Positions 24,497 through 39,250 of a stretch of 63,551 bases of DNA are shown piece by piece (position 1 is the stretch's first letter; every line of letters starts with the position of its first letter). The position numbers were made by a program, and so were the translations under genes. The notes under the pieces are model-generated. The model ran no database searches, was not told where the DNA came from, and saw only the letters and a list, made by a program, of their open reading frames with translations. The stretch spans positions 62,214 through 125,764 of the forward strand of contig MU271244.1 in assembly GCA_021432655.1 (NCBI GenBank), read 5' to 3'. The stretch comes from Atractiella rhizophila (taxonomy: Eukaryota).

Positions 24497-25261
24497 ACGA
24501 GTGCGGTGATATGGGAAGTATAGCAGACGTTCAATACCTATCAGTTATAATTATCTGTAACTGCAATCATGCGACCTTGGATTGTGACTTGTTTGCACCA
24601 CACATGTAATCAAGCGAAGAAAAGATGAAGTTGGTTGGAAATCCCACTTTCTCAATTCTGATTCGGACAGTTACGAAGTGTCTATGTTACATCCCCATGC
24701 TAGCTGTTTTCTACCATCCTCCTTCAGGTTCAAGCCCAAAAAGTCTTTTCTCTTAACGCAGCCTTGGATATTTGTCTGCGATTCTACAGTCAAGAGGCAG
24801 CGGCTTCGAAATCCCTCAAGCTGAAACCGAGCTGTAGAAGATCATGGTTGCTTCAAGATGGATGAGTTCCGCGCGAACATCGGTAAGTATTCTGCCCTCG
24901 AGCTAAAGCCAATGCAAAAGGAACTTGACTGCCTCGCACTACCTTAATCGGGCATCATGCTATTGACCGATATCGTCAGCCTCAGCCTGCCAGGGCTCGG
25001 CTGTAACTGTCGGCAATAGGTGACAATTGTAACCGGCGCGAGGAGGTCTTTCCGGTTCGCGCAGACCTGCTTCTCCTTACTCATCCTTGTTCACCTGGAG
25101 TTTTCATCGAGAAAGCCAGGGAGACCCCTACGATCGCGATCGAGCTACACCGACTAAACGCCATTCGCTTTCTCTCCATGCCAAAGCAGGATTATTCAGC
25201 AATGTCTACAAAAGGCAGCCAGAGCACGTCTCCATGCTTCAAACACCTCCAACTTTAAGAA

Positions 25262-26691
<1,430 letters not shown>

Positions 26692-26788
26692 TGTTCCAAA
26701 TCAACAATGGCATTTTGTGTTAGCTGTACAATTCTTGGTTGAATGCCATATTGCAAATTTCTTTCCGTAGTTTATTGAGAAATTCCGT

Positions 26789-28882
26789 TTAGCGCAGTGT
26801 AACAAGTTCTGTACGTCCACATTAGTAAAATGAGGAAGGGAATTGGCGAACAAAATCACCTTCGGAGCTCTACAGAACAAAAACAATCAGAATGGTCAGA
26901 ACGGAAGCGGGAGCAACGAGCAACTCACAGTTGGGTGGATCGCAACAGTGTCGTCAAAGTTTTTCTTTGTGGCTGAACTCCACAATCAGGCTGCTTGGTA
27001 TATGTTCCAGGTGAAAACGAACCGCCCATTTTGACCGCAACGGCAAAGCCTTGGGTCATCTCGTCGCTCCCTGGAATACGGCTTAGCTTTGTTTTTCATT
27101 CATGAGCAATAACGAACCCATTCCAATCAGGTGCACACCAACAACCTGATGCTGGTCAGTAAGAATAAAGGGTATATATGATCGGATTACAAACCTTCTC
27201 TTCAGGGCCAACGCAAACCAGCTTCATAGCAGTTGGCTCTCGCTCATCGGGTGACCACACATGCGTGTACCTATAACGAGAGATGGTAAGCGATAGCCTC
27301 AGAAATCTGAAATATACCATACATGGCAGTAAAGCTGGTCTTGTAGATCTTGATCTGGTCGTCACCGTATTTCTTCCTCGCCTCAGGTTCAGTCTACGCT
27401 TTGTCAGATAACACGGTCTAGGAACACGAAAAAGGCACACCAGTCCTACGGAACCACACGGTGGATGCCTAACAAAGGATTATCATTCGCGATAACATGG
27501 AAGCAAAAGACATACGAGAAGACGACAGATGGGATGTTGTCGTAGTCCAAATGATCATCCTTAAATTTCTCAGGACCAAACAGCCTGTTGCTCGTCCGCC
27601 TACCAGCAGCTAAGGCAACCGGAGTGAGGAGGGCTTTGCCAGCAACATCGCCGAGTGCAAAGATATTGTCAACACTTGTCTTCTGGTATTTGTCAACGGG
27701 AATGTCTCCTTTATCATTCGTTTGGATTCCGACGGTGTCGAGCCCTAAATCATCTGTGTTGCTGTGCCGTCCGATAGCGAAGAGAACGGTGTCAGCCTCG
27801 ATGGAAGTGCCATCGTCAAACTCGACAGTCTTAGGGGATGGTCTGGTTAGGTCTGGGTTGGACTCTGAGCTCGTGATCTTGGTGACTTGAGTGTTCTTGT
27901 GGATATGAACTCCGCTCTTGGACATGTGAGAGGTGAGAGTGTCTTGGATGATGGGGTCGAATGTTCGAAGAACTTTGTCGTAACGGATCACCAGGTGTGT
28001 CTCCGAGCCCAAGGTATTGAAAATCCCAGCGAGCTAGCGGTCGGTCAGTAAAGATACTCCTCTGTACGGAAGTCAAATCACTTCGACAGCAATGTATCCT
28101 GCTCCAACAACTACCACTCGCTTGGGCTGTTCTTCTAGATCAAAAAATCCGTCGCTAGTGATTCCATGCTCGTTGGCGCCGACGATATTCTTCGGAATGG
28201 TTGGTCGCCCACCGGTAGCGATGACGATGTATTCTGCAGAGACTTTCTTCTTCTCTCCGCCGGGCTGATCGATCTCAAGCTCATGCTTCGATAAGAGTCT
28301 TGCATGACCTGTAAGGTATTCCACCTTGTCTTTCTTGCAATCTGCAATCGGGGTGAACCAACTTGTAAACTGGAGCACATGAGGTGAAAAGCGTACTAGA
28401 TTCATATATCCCATTCAAGCGGCGAACATAGGCATCGCGTTTGTCCTTGAACTCCTTCCAAGCGAAAGAAGGGATCGCTTTTGTATCAATGTGATGACCA
28501 TAGGCAGGGCCAGCATGGATCTTCTCCAGCACATCCGCCGCATACCACATCACTTTCTTAGGCACACAACCTACGTTTCGAGCTCCAAACCCATTCTTGC
28601 TCTGGAAAGCAAAGACGCACCGACGTTAACGCAAGTTCCTCCAAGCACAGCCGTCTCCTCAACAATACCAACTTTCTTCTTGTAATCGCCTGAAGCTCTC
28701 CTTGCAGCTCCCAATCCTCCCGATCCACCTGTTCAAGGTTCCATCAACCCAAAAGTTTTGATGGAAGGAAGGAGAAACGAGCCTCCGATAACAAAGAGAT
28801 CGTAATCGAACTCCTTAGTGGTGCCTTCATTGAGGGCATAAGCTTCACGCTCGACCTTGACTGTTGCGGGTACGACTGGCAT
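26789..28882 (-). CDS. GLR1: Glutathione reductase
   Basis: YDLFVIGG-GSGGLGAARRA, redox centre GGTCVNVGCVPKKVMW, VVGAGYIAVE, ALGDVAGKALLTPVALAAGR, VAIHPTSSEELVTLR*. Confidence 0.96.
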
Positions 28883-30173
28883 TCTGAATGATTTGGAGAT
28901 GGAGAAGAATCTTCGACCGGAGAGATTTGCAGGCTGCCTTTGAAGGCCTCGAGAACAGAGGATAGATACAAAGAGCTTCGGGGACGCCACGATTGAGCGA
29001 TGGACGAAGTGACCTGCCAAAAGACGCGATACCGGATTTGTAAGTCGCAAAACAACAACTTCAAGACAGCAACAAATGCCAACGAAGCTAGACAAACTCA
29101 CTAGGTTGACAGGACACTATTGGACGGTAATTTAGCAGTGATACGAGCTGTTTATAACCTCCTTCAGCTTGGCACGGGTTTGTTGCTGAGCGGATTTTCA
29201 CTTCATATATTTTTGCTGTAGTTGTCAATAACCTGTCGGTCCACGGTCTCACGGTCTCAAGCCCGTCGAGCTAAGGGAACGAATCCAAAGTGGAACAGGG
29301 ACAAGGATATTTAGAAACGAGATGGTATTAACAGGAAACCAAACAGTAACACGAAAGATGCAGGCCCAAAAAGATATTGAAGAAAGCGTGATGGTACAAC
29401 AAGGAACTCCCCAACATTCGTATGAATGATTTAGCAGACGATAAAGCTAAAGCAGCAAAGAATATTTGATGAATCACTAAACTGATCCAGCTGGATAACA
29501 AGTAGGAGACGAAATCGGGAGAAGAGCAAGCTGTCGTTCGCGTTCTTGCTTTCGGAGAAGCAAATACAAAACATTTTGTCGGAAGACGCACAACATGGTT
29601 GGGAAGCAACAAGAAACCTCTATCTGAGTCGTATCGTTGACGTGAACGAATCTTCTAGCCATTCGGAACTTGCAACAGCATTTGTGTATCGTACTTTGGA
29701 AGTGGCGAATGGAGGCCAGCAAGGAGGCCATAGGTACGTAGGTACGTAAAGGAAGGATCATGTGAATCGAGAGGTATTGAGGTTGGTCGCTTGCAATCGC
29801 GTCGTGTCGCCTTGTCCGAATAAGAGTAGTCGGGATGAGATAAAACCAAGATGAAAATGTGTACCGAAGAGCTGGAATAGAGTGGGGAGTTGAAGTTGAT
29901 ATCACTGACAAATGACGAAGAATCGATCGAATCGAACCACTAAAGGGATTGAATAAAAATGCGAAGCCTAAACCGATACCTAAACCGAGATGGGATGGAC
30001 AAGAGTACTCTTTTGCGAAAGACGACGACTGAGGGGGATAGCAGTGGTGAAGATATAGGTGATAGTGGATAAGCTGATTTGGATGGCTTTTGACTGACTG
30101 ATAATGTGTGACACTGAAGCGTTGAAGCTGATGCCGTTACTCCTCGTCCCTTTTCATACCGTCATGTGTTGCG

Positions 30174-32427
30174 TTATCGTTCAGCGACGGGATGCGCGCC
30201 AACGGTCCTGTCGATTTCTTCAGTCTCTTCTCCTCGAGAATTCTTCTTATGTCGCAGCCAGACCTCCTTCCCTGCGGCAGCGCACATCGCACTCGACATC
30301 ACACCCCGTTTCTCCTCTTCCTCCTCCACATCCGATTCATCATCCTATCGGCACACAAATCAGATACCTTAAGTTGAGAAGCAGTGGCCAGAGAGCAACT
30401 CACAGATCCATCGTTTTGTTCCTCGCCTTCAGAATCGTCATCCACCGCCTGACTGGAGACACTGCTGCCGCTCCCATTATCGTCCTTTTCCTCCTCCTTC
30501 TCCTCCTCCGCTTTCTCCGCCACCTCGAGATCCTTAATCGTAGCCTCAGACAACGAAGCGTGGATTGGAAAAGCCCCCTGATTGGCTCGAGGGGTATCAG
30601 GACTGTGAGGGAACGAGCGCTCCGGTGACGTCGGCGAAGTGATCGTTACAGTTGGGGTCGGTTTGGGGACAACAACCGTGTCGTCCTCCTGTGCACTCGC
30701 GTTACCGTTCGCGGCGTCAGCCAGACGTTTCGCCTCCTCTTCTTCCTTTGCCTTCTTCTCCGCTTCCCTCTGCAACCTCCTCTTCCTCAACCATGCCATC
30801 CCACTCCCATCATCATCTCCATCATCAAACTCATCCCCTCCACCTCCCCTTGACCCCCTACTGCCCGCCAGCGTGCTCTCCGAAAACACCTTTCCCGTCT
30901 TGCTCCCTCCGAAATCCCACTCCACAAATTCTTGTTGATCGTCCTTGAGCTGTCCAAAGAACCTTTGGCCGCCGACCCGAGGACCGGAGTAAGGACCGAA
31001 AGGCATTGGAGCTCCAGAAGCACTCTGAGGGCGAGCACGACTTGAGCGTTGTGCAACAGGAGGGTATTTAGACCTCGAAGGAACTTTAGTGAGGGGCGAA
31101 CTGGGGAAGGGGGAGAGAGGAGATGAAGCCATAGGAGAGGCCAACTCGTCAGCGGCACTGATGGTCGAAGCGCTATCCGAGCCTTCGTCATCATCGCTCA
31201 TCGTCGACCTCTTCTTCTTCCCTCCGATCAAAAGAGGTTTCAAGAACATCTTGGTATAGCTCTTCCTCGAAGGGGACGTGTTCCTCGAACTCTCAGGAGA
31301 AGACGTCTCTCCTCTTCCCCTCCCTGTAGCCGACGGTGCGGACATGACCCGCTTCATGTCCGTCCCAATCATCTCCCAATCGTCCACTCGTCCAGGTATC
31401 GTCGGCCCACTGGTGGCTGCCGAAGCGACGAGGGCATCAGAACCAGAAACAGAACCAGAAGGTTTCCATTCCTCAGCCGAGGCATCGCTGAAAGCTCTAG
31501 GCCGTGGGAGTTCGGCGAACCGGATGGTCGACCTCCGGGTCGTTTGGGACTGGTCACCGGAGGAGCTGGAGATAGTGGAGGAAGAAGAGACGGGAGAGAG
31601 GACTGGAGAGGGTATGAGATTGACCGACTGAAGCGTGATTGGCATCGGAAGGGTCTTTCCGGGTCCGGGAGATATTGGAGAATAAATGATCGTCTCTCCG
31701 TCCGCCTGAGGCGAGAGCAGAGGACTGATTGGACCGACTGGCGCTGATCTTGTGGGTTTTAATGAGAGCGACAGCTTGGGCTTGGTCGGTAGAGAGAAGG
31801 AGGAGTGGAAGGATTTGACGGGCGGAAGAGGTGCGACCGGTGTGGCGTTGCTGTCCTTGGGCAAGTTGAGGGATACGGACGAGGAGTTGGCGGACGAAAG
31901 CGGAGTGGATAGGTTGGACACTTTCGCTGGTGACAGAGGAGGGGTGGAGGCGGGCCGAAAGGCACTGTAATGAACAGCGGATCAACAAGGGGTTCGTCAG
32001 AGGAAGGAATAGCACGAAACACTGGACGCTTCCAAACCTTGCTCTTTCGCCCGCCGCAATAAGGAAAGGAGAGAATAACTCACTTGATCAGGATGCCACC
32101 CCTTCTAGAATGACTCCCTGGCACAAAAGCCGGATTGGGGGGACTGAGTAAGCTGGGCAAGCTGTAGACCAATTCGCTATCCACAACTCCTATGGAGTGA
32201 CTTTCCACCGAGGCCATGTCCTCCTGCTCCGCCTTGATGTCCAGCAATACGTTCGGAGGAGTGATATTGGGGAGGGAATGAGTCTTGAGGTGCTTTGGAC
32301 GCCTTCGTTCGGGATCCGGCGTTACACCGAGGATTGGAGAGGACGGAGGAGTGGCAGTTTTGGAAGCTGCACCAAGCAAACTCCTGATGAGCAAAGAGCT
32401 CCTTTTCTGACGGTGATTTTCCGCCAT
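30174..32427 (-). CDS. Hypothetical Ser/Pro-rich disordered protein (multi-exon)
   Basis: 540-aa core ORF plus flanking exons; ordered island QEFVEWDFGG...DDGSGMAWLRKRR followed by a coiled coil; acidic tail. Confidence 0.65.
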
Positions 32428-34149
32428 TCTAGGACAATTTGGAGGGGGGACAGAGGAGGGACTGACTGTTTTAAACCCGTTTCAAGGACACTGCAAAGTT
32501 TGTCTTGGCGGGCGACTCTTGGGAGCGTCCTAAATTTCTTGGATAATTGGCTGGACTGTTGCTGCCAAAATTACTTTTGCGAGCGAGGAGAGAGTGCTGA
32601 GGAACCCGAGAGGGGCGTTAGCGACCGTCTTTTAGCTCGAAATACTCACAAAGTGGCGGTATGGCCAAGAGGAGCGAGATCTCGTGGACCTTTTGCGGGG
32701 ACGGAATCAAACAGGTGAATCTGGCTGCAAACAATATTATCGATATTATTGATACGTTCAGAGATATTTTATAATGAGGGGGATCGCTGGGCAGAGGGGT
32801 TCGTGTTTTTGTGAGATGGGTTGAATGGCGATAGGAGACCGCAAGAACGTGCTCTCCCGCATTCGTCATCACTTGTCCGGAAGCCGATGCTGGCCCAAGT
32901 CACACCGAACCCTATTCCATTGACCATTGTTTTGACTGCTTATGACTAAACCGCAGGCCTTGCTCATTTCCTGTCGTGTGGGCTCGTGTTGGTAGCCAAC
33001 AAGCACGTCAGGAAGGACGACAAAGCATCAGCAGGGTCTCGTTTAGCGGAGGACGGAGGTGAGCAAAACGCCAAGGGGTGCAGGTGCCAAGATCGAGCTA
33101 ACTTTACTTTGCGTCAACGGATACGCACTTTCGTCGGCGTCCTTTTCATGTGCCTCCAGCCCAAAGCAGCGGTAACACCACAATTAATTTGCAGGCTGCA
33201 AGAAGAGATTGATCTGGCGCCGTTAGAAATGTTTAAGGACGAACGTGGAACGTGCACAGCGGAGTAAAGTAGTCAGCAATGGATTCCTGCTAGAAACTAG
33301 TTTCAAGTCGAGCGTGATAAAACTTTGAAACCAGCAGCTCGGAATTTAGATAACGTTGTCATCCTTCGATCGAGAAATAACCTAAACCCAAAACAAGGCA
33401 CGTTCCCTTATCGCTTATCACGCCGAAGCACTTACCACGCTCTTCAGGCCGCAGAGTTGTTGCAGAATACCTTCCTTGCCCTGAAACGTTGGAAACTCAG
33501 CATTCTGGGGTCCAAAGGCACCCCCGATGAGCTGATTTGCTCTCAGATCTGGACCAGATTCCAAACTCTTTCTGGTTGCCCTACAACTCGAATCTGAATC
33601 TCGTCGTCCGTCTCCGTTGGTGAACACCCACTTGCCGTAGTGTAGCTGTCAAGGGAAAGACCAGGGGGATCGATATCGATATCGATTATCATTCACCTTA
33701 TTCCTACGAACGCGCCGTCCATCAATAGCCGGTAAGACCTTGATCCCTAGTTCCTACGAAAGAGTGGTAGTGATGGAGCGAGCAAGGTGTCCAGAACGGG
33801 AGTAAATGAACATCCTATTTCCTAAGCGTTGAGTATCATGGACCTCTCCAGACGATGCGCGGTACTTGCAATACAGCAACCCTTCCTCTGCTTTGTAGTG
33901 CCATCATGGAACAAGAAGGACGCAATACACGTTACATCTGAGAATGAGAAGAGGAGGTCATTTAAAGGACCATTTCCTTCAGCAACGAGGAAACAATGTC
34001 GAAAAGAGGCAGCACCAGCTAACTGTAAAACAAGGAGCAACGGCGCATTGCAAAGACCAAGTCACAGTGACCTTCTCCCTGCATGAGTAAGTCGACAGGT
34101 TTATGCTCTGAAAGTACTTAATTAACCCTTTGCGGCAGACGAGTTCAAT

Positions 34150-35694
34150 ATGAGTGTTTTTGACCTTCTCCCCGACGAGCTCCTTCTCAAGATTCTCGAA
34201 CACTACCCATGGAAATCGGCGAAACACCTTTTCGATGTATCTCTTATCTCTCAGCGCTTCCATAAATTGGTCCGCTTCGAAGTGCTCAGCGATCGAAACC
34301 TCACTTTGAACGTGGAGAAACGAGCAGAGAACTTTCTTCGCTTCAAAGATTTCTTGACATCCTTGTGCGATACGGATCGAATGCTTGTCCGCCACCTTCA
34401 GGTTGTTGGCGATAAAGAGTCTGTTCTGGGAGAAGAGGTTGCAGAAGTTCTTTCTTTGCTACCAAATCTCACCAGCCTCAAAGTCAGCTGCTCCTTCATC
34501 CTCCTACCTCCTCTTCCGCACCTGGAAACTCTCTCTATTTTTCTCCGCTACGACAAGCAGGCTCAGGATGCTCCAACACTTGCTGCCATGGTTCCCCATC
34601 TGGAGGCAATGAAAGGTCTCAAGTCTTTGTCTCTGATGAACGTTCGCTTCTCTGAAGATTCAGATTTTCCTGAACTTGACTCTCTACATCTCGACTACCT
34701 CTCACTCAGGGCATCTCAACCATCTCATAATTGTAATCTAAAGGTGACAGCACTTCGGAACTGCATTCGAAAGGTCACACTCGACGAGGAGGCGTTCGAG
34801 CACGTCTCGCATTTTAGACAGCTTTTGCAACATCTCTCTCCCAGTCTTACTGTTGCGGAACTCGAACTCCGTTGGTTTCATGGATTACCGGCCTTACCGC
34901 TTGTCCACACCTTGACTCTCGATTGGCTAGATCAAGTATGGACTCGGTCGTGTTCTCCCGACTACGGCTCATCAATCCAGTTCTCTCACATTTTTCCGGA
35001 CGTGAACGGAATGAAAAACTTGAAACGACTCAAGTCTACTCTAAGGATAATCGATTTCAGTCCCGACATCATGCTTGACATAAAATCGTTGAATCTGAAA
35101 TCGGCAAGAGACTCCTCCCTCTCGTCTCTGCAACATGGAGCACCGAATCTCGTCCGCCTGTCCCTACACCACAGTAGCGAGGCTTCCTTCATAGCCGACA
35201 TTGTCAAATGCTTTCGAGACACTCTGAAGGTCCTCAGCGCCTCTACATTCTGGACGAAACAACTCTCTCTCGCCTTCTCAGACTGTCGTAACCTGCAAGC
35301 GTTACAGATTTATATCACTCCATTCACTTCGCGTAAGCAGTACAATCCAGACATCCCATTCCGTCCTCGATACCTCAGAAGTCGCAATGATAACATTCTC
35401 CCCGACTATATTGGATTTTACAAACCAGTCCCTGTCCTTCGCATCCTAGCTTTGGATACATCCTATCGTTTCCACATCGACCCTCTGCTTGATAACATAC
35501 AGAATGGACTCCTACCAGCCCTAAAATATTTCGTGGTTCCGGCGTCGATTGGTGGAATCGGAAGTATTTCTGATTTGACCTTGTCACCGAACGACGATCT
35601 CCGAAGAGAGAGATTACAGCAGTCTGGCGTGCAACTGGGAGAGTCGGGTGAGGATTGGGTGGAACTGGTTCTGAATTGGATAGAGGAGAATTGA
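34150..35694 (+). CDS. F-box / leucine-rich-repeat-like protein, 514 aa, intronless
   Basis: N-terminal LLPDELLLKILEH...LFDVSLISQRFHKLV; repeated LPNLTSLKV / LETLSI / LKSLSL / LQALQI units. Confidence 0.85.
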   Translation: MSVFDLLPDELLLKILEHYPWKSAKHLFDVSLISQRFHKLVRFEVLSDRNLTLNVEKRAENFLRFKDFLTSLCDTDRMLVRHLQVVGDKESVLGEEVAEVLSLLPNLTSLKVSCSFILLPPLPHLETLSIFLRYDKQAQDAPTLAAMVPHLEAMKGLKSLSLMNVRFSEDSDFPELDSLHLDYLSLRASQPSHNCNLKVTALRNCIRKVTLDEEAFEHVSHFRQLLQHLSPSLTVAELELRWFHGLPALPLVHTLTLDWLDQVWTRSCSPDYGSSIQFSHIFPDVNGMKNLKRLKSTLRIIDFSPDIMLDIKSLNLKSARDSSLSSLQHGAPNLVRLSLHHSSEASFIADIVKCFRDTLKVLSASTFWTKQLSLAFSDCRNLQALQIYITPFTSRKQYNPDIPFRPRYLRSRNDNILPDYIGFYKPVPVLRILALDTSYRFHIDPLLDNIQNGLLPALKYFVVPASIGGIGSISDLTLSPNDDLRRERLQQSGVQLGESGEDWVELVLNWIEEN

Positions 35695-35965
35695 TGGTTT
35701 CTTTTTCAATGTCAGAGTATCCTGGAGTATGAATCAGAATAATTGACATTCAAACTGGCTTGGGTGTAAATACACCTCAATGAGCATTCCACATCGTCAT
35801 CACAGCTGTAATCCCGAGTGCTGCATACTGTATTCCCAACCTTAATAAGGCGGACGGAAGCAAACGAGACAAGGAACGGGATGAACGCTCCTCTTGCGCG
35901 TCACACATCACGATCGAGAAGGATAACGACAGCGTCCCTATACCTCACTTTGAAACAATACGACG

Positions 35966-38872
35966 ATGGACTCCTCCAATTTTCTGGCACAGATTAACGA
36001 GGCTTGTTCAGGTTGGCGCGTGCCTTTCTCAACATGATGCAAGCTTATGAAGCGGTGTCTTTTCAGAACTCAATGAAGGGGAATTGATTATTGATCCATC
36101 TCTGACTTTGTGGGACATCCTCTCGGCTACTCAGGTACGTTCTGGTCAATCCCTGAGCGTTCCCCCTTGAACATGCTCACTTTGACCAGATTGACGAACC
36201 AAGGATGGATAGCGGCACAGCACCTTCAAAAGTGATGACAGTGACGAATCCAAGATTCTCCGATGCTAGTAAGAGGCATGAACACTCGTCAACCTCCAAG
36301 GAAAATGTGGAATTCAATCCTTTGCGACTCTGGTCACTCGAGGAACTGCTTTGGATGATCGATAGGTTGATAGTTTGTGAGGTGGGTTCTCGATCTGGAC
36401 AAGAAAGTCACAATAAGAAGAACAGCTAGATGGCTTTCCATAGTGGAGAAGCGCTGTACACCACCGTTTTCATTTGCCATTACGTGTTTCGACTGCGCGA
36501 CATTTCGGTACCAGCTTTGAAGGAGCGGTATCAAGAACAAGACCCGAAGACTGATGAGCGGATTATGCTCCTGGGGATCGTCTTTAGAAGTTATCTTGCT
36601 GCTTTTATCAGATGCGTCGGTCTGGCATTTGTCGAGATGTCAAAAGGCAAAATATACGATGTACGTTCAGCGTTTCTCATACTCATGGATATTCCGATGA
36701 TAAATGAATATCCAGATCGAGGATTGGCATGCCTCTGATTCTGGTGTCCGCTTTGATGAGCTTGATCCAATCGTTCATGATCCTTCTCATCCTAACGAAG
36801 AAGCCATCGAGCGAGAGCAAAGGGTTGTTCGTGCTCTTTCGCAAAATTTGGACACGGCCCTGGAATGGCTTGAGCAGCGATTAAAGGAGAAGAGTGGGAC
36901 GGACACCTTTCTTCTACTTCAACTCAAAAGTCGCTTGGGCTTACGGAAGGTACGCCCTTTGTTTTTTGGGAAAGGATTGTGATGTAATGTCGCGACAGCA
37001 ACTTCTCAGCCTTTTCTACTTCGCCTCCCAGCCACAAAGATCGCTTCCGAACTCATTCGTGGCGTCTCTTTCATTAGCTCGCTCGTGTTTAACTTCCAAC
37101 ATCTATTCTCCCGAATACTCTGGGTCAAGACCGTCGAACTGGACGTCAGCCGACATCGATCCACCTCGAAGCCTTGACGGCACAGCTGAAGTTTTTGATC
37201 CGCTCCTCTGTCGCTTGTTACCAACGCAAAACGCACCTCGAAAATGTAACGTCCTCACACAAACAATACCTCAGGCGTATGTTACCCTGCAGAAACTTCT
37301 AGATGGGTTTGAGAATCTACAAGCGCTTTGGTTGTCTGCGAACCTGCGACATGTTTTTCTAGGTCGTTTGGGTCCAACAGCTAAGGATAGCATAGTTGTT
37401 CGGGAAGGCATTAGCTATCGCTCTGCGGATGTAGATTTTGCCAACAAAGCGAGTCCGAGTGTGACAGGCAACCAGGACAGAGAAGTGGGATGGGCAGAAT
37501 GGTTCTCGTATTTTCAGGTCTCGTCATGGAGAGAACATCCGGCGCTGGCTTTCATCAGGTCGACTCAGTTGGTTTGTGTCTAGATTTTTATTGGAAAAGA
37601 AACGTGCTGAAACAATTGAAGTCTTTTCTGGACTCGGACGGATCTTTTTTGGGGACGCTTAGCAAAGTCGACTTGCTCGAACTCCTACTTGTTGACTTTA
37701 CAGGTCTACACCTTCGAACCCTGCTCTCTGAATTCTATATGGAGCACTGGAGCGAGACAGTGGATTCAATCATTAAAGACCTCGCAGATGTCAGTACCAA
37801 CCGCAGCTCCTAGCTTAATTAACCAGTCGATAAATTAGCTTGCCGTCATATACCTTGGAAATATGTGCCACAACCGACCACGGCAGAGGCGGAAATACAT
37901 AAACGATGTCCCAGGCTTAGCCAACATCCTTGAGCTAGTCCGTCACTCATCCGTCGTCCTAAACGAAAATCTAATTTACAACAGACCAGTCGACTCCCTA
38001 GCGTGATCGTCCAGGATGTGCGGCGCATGGGATACGGCCTTGTCAGTGTTTGTATATGTGGTTATGTGTCGCTAAGACGTCTACCTTTTTCCTTCAGCAT
38101 CCCACAGCCATCTCCCTTTTACAGCTCATACCTACTACAGTTTCCCTCGTCGATGTGACGGTTTGCACAGAGATCGTGTTGAGTGGTTTTGAGCTAGATC
38201 TCTATGGGCCGTCCGAACTTCGATCCAACTTTTGGGCTGCTAGCCATCTCTTACAGATAAAAGCAGCATATCTTGATACTTTATTGGCTGAGACTGCTAG
38301 TATGTTCTCCCGAGTCTTTGTCTACTGGCTGACAAGACGATGAAGGACTTTCCTCCTCTCCTCACACAAACTTCTTGCGATATCGAAAACAACTCACCAC
38401 TTTCCTACAACTAATGACTAAGGCGGCTTTCTCTGTACGTGCGACGCTTTGCCTGTTTCGAAGCACAACCTCAAGCGTCTTCATCAGATCACATTCTTAT
38501 TGTCAGAATATGATGCGCCGTTGACTCAACGCGGACAAGACATCTTCCACCGCAGGTTCAAATGGGCATCAGCTTACAAAGAAACTACGAATCACTTCAA
38601 TGTCTCTTCTGCATGGGAACTATACCAGAAGGCGGCTCAAAAAGAGAAGTCGCGGAAGGTTCGCTCTACCTGCCTCAACCCCCAGCTGATATGAACCATT
38701 TTTCCAGAGGGAAGAAGTTCGCGATCAGGCGATAGCGGACATCGAAAGCTGTCTCGCCATCTGCGACCAAATCGCCATCCTCTCACCCCAGGAAACTTGC
38801 ACCGTAATCCTCCATCCGTCCGAACAGGGGACAGTTAGTACTCTCCCCATCTTGAAATCCTCAGTCTCATAG
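35966..38872 (+). CDS. MAK10: NatC N-acetyltransferase auxiliary subunit Mak10/NAA35
   Basis: EACSELNEGELII..TLWDILSATQIDEPRMDSG; DRLIVCE/MAFHSGEALYTTVFICHY; VLSGFELDLYGPSELRSNFW. Confidence 0.8.
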
Positions 38873-39250
38873 TTCCCTTAGCTTCTTCAACGTCTACGGA
38901 ACAGCTGTTTGATCAACCTGAATCGGCTACGACGCCTTCCAGACGATAGGTCATATAAGCCAGCTGCGTACACTGGCCCTTTCCATCCTTGGTTTCCAAT
39001 TCTTGTGTAAATGCTAAGCATTGCCCTCTGGAATATGTAATGGAACATAATAGATTGCCTTCCACCTACTTTACACGTTTGCTAGAGAATGAAGTAACGA
39101 AGCATTGTTCTTTGCTGCTAGTACAACAAATCACCATCACATGTACCATGAAGTGTGAACCATAAAGCACCAAAAATTTGAGTACGACACGACTGGATGA
39201 CAACAGATCCAACATTTGTTCAACTAAATCATTAAGATAGACTAACCAGA

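Noticed and set aside
30104..32151. Numerous + strand ORFs
   Set aside because: Antisense shadows of the low-complexity minus-strand gene.
33668..33687. ATCGATATCGATATCGAT palindromic mini-repeat
   Set aside because: Short, isolated 6-bp-period repeat with no supporting context.
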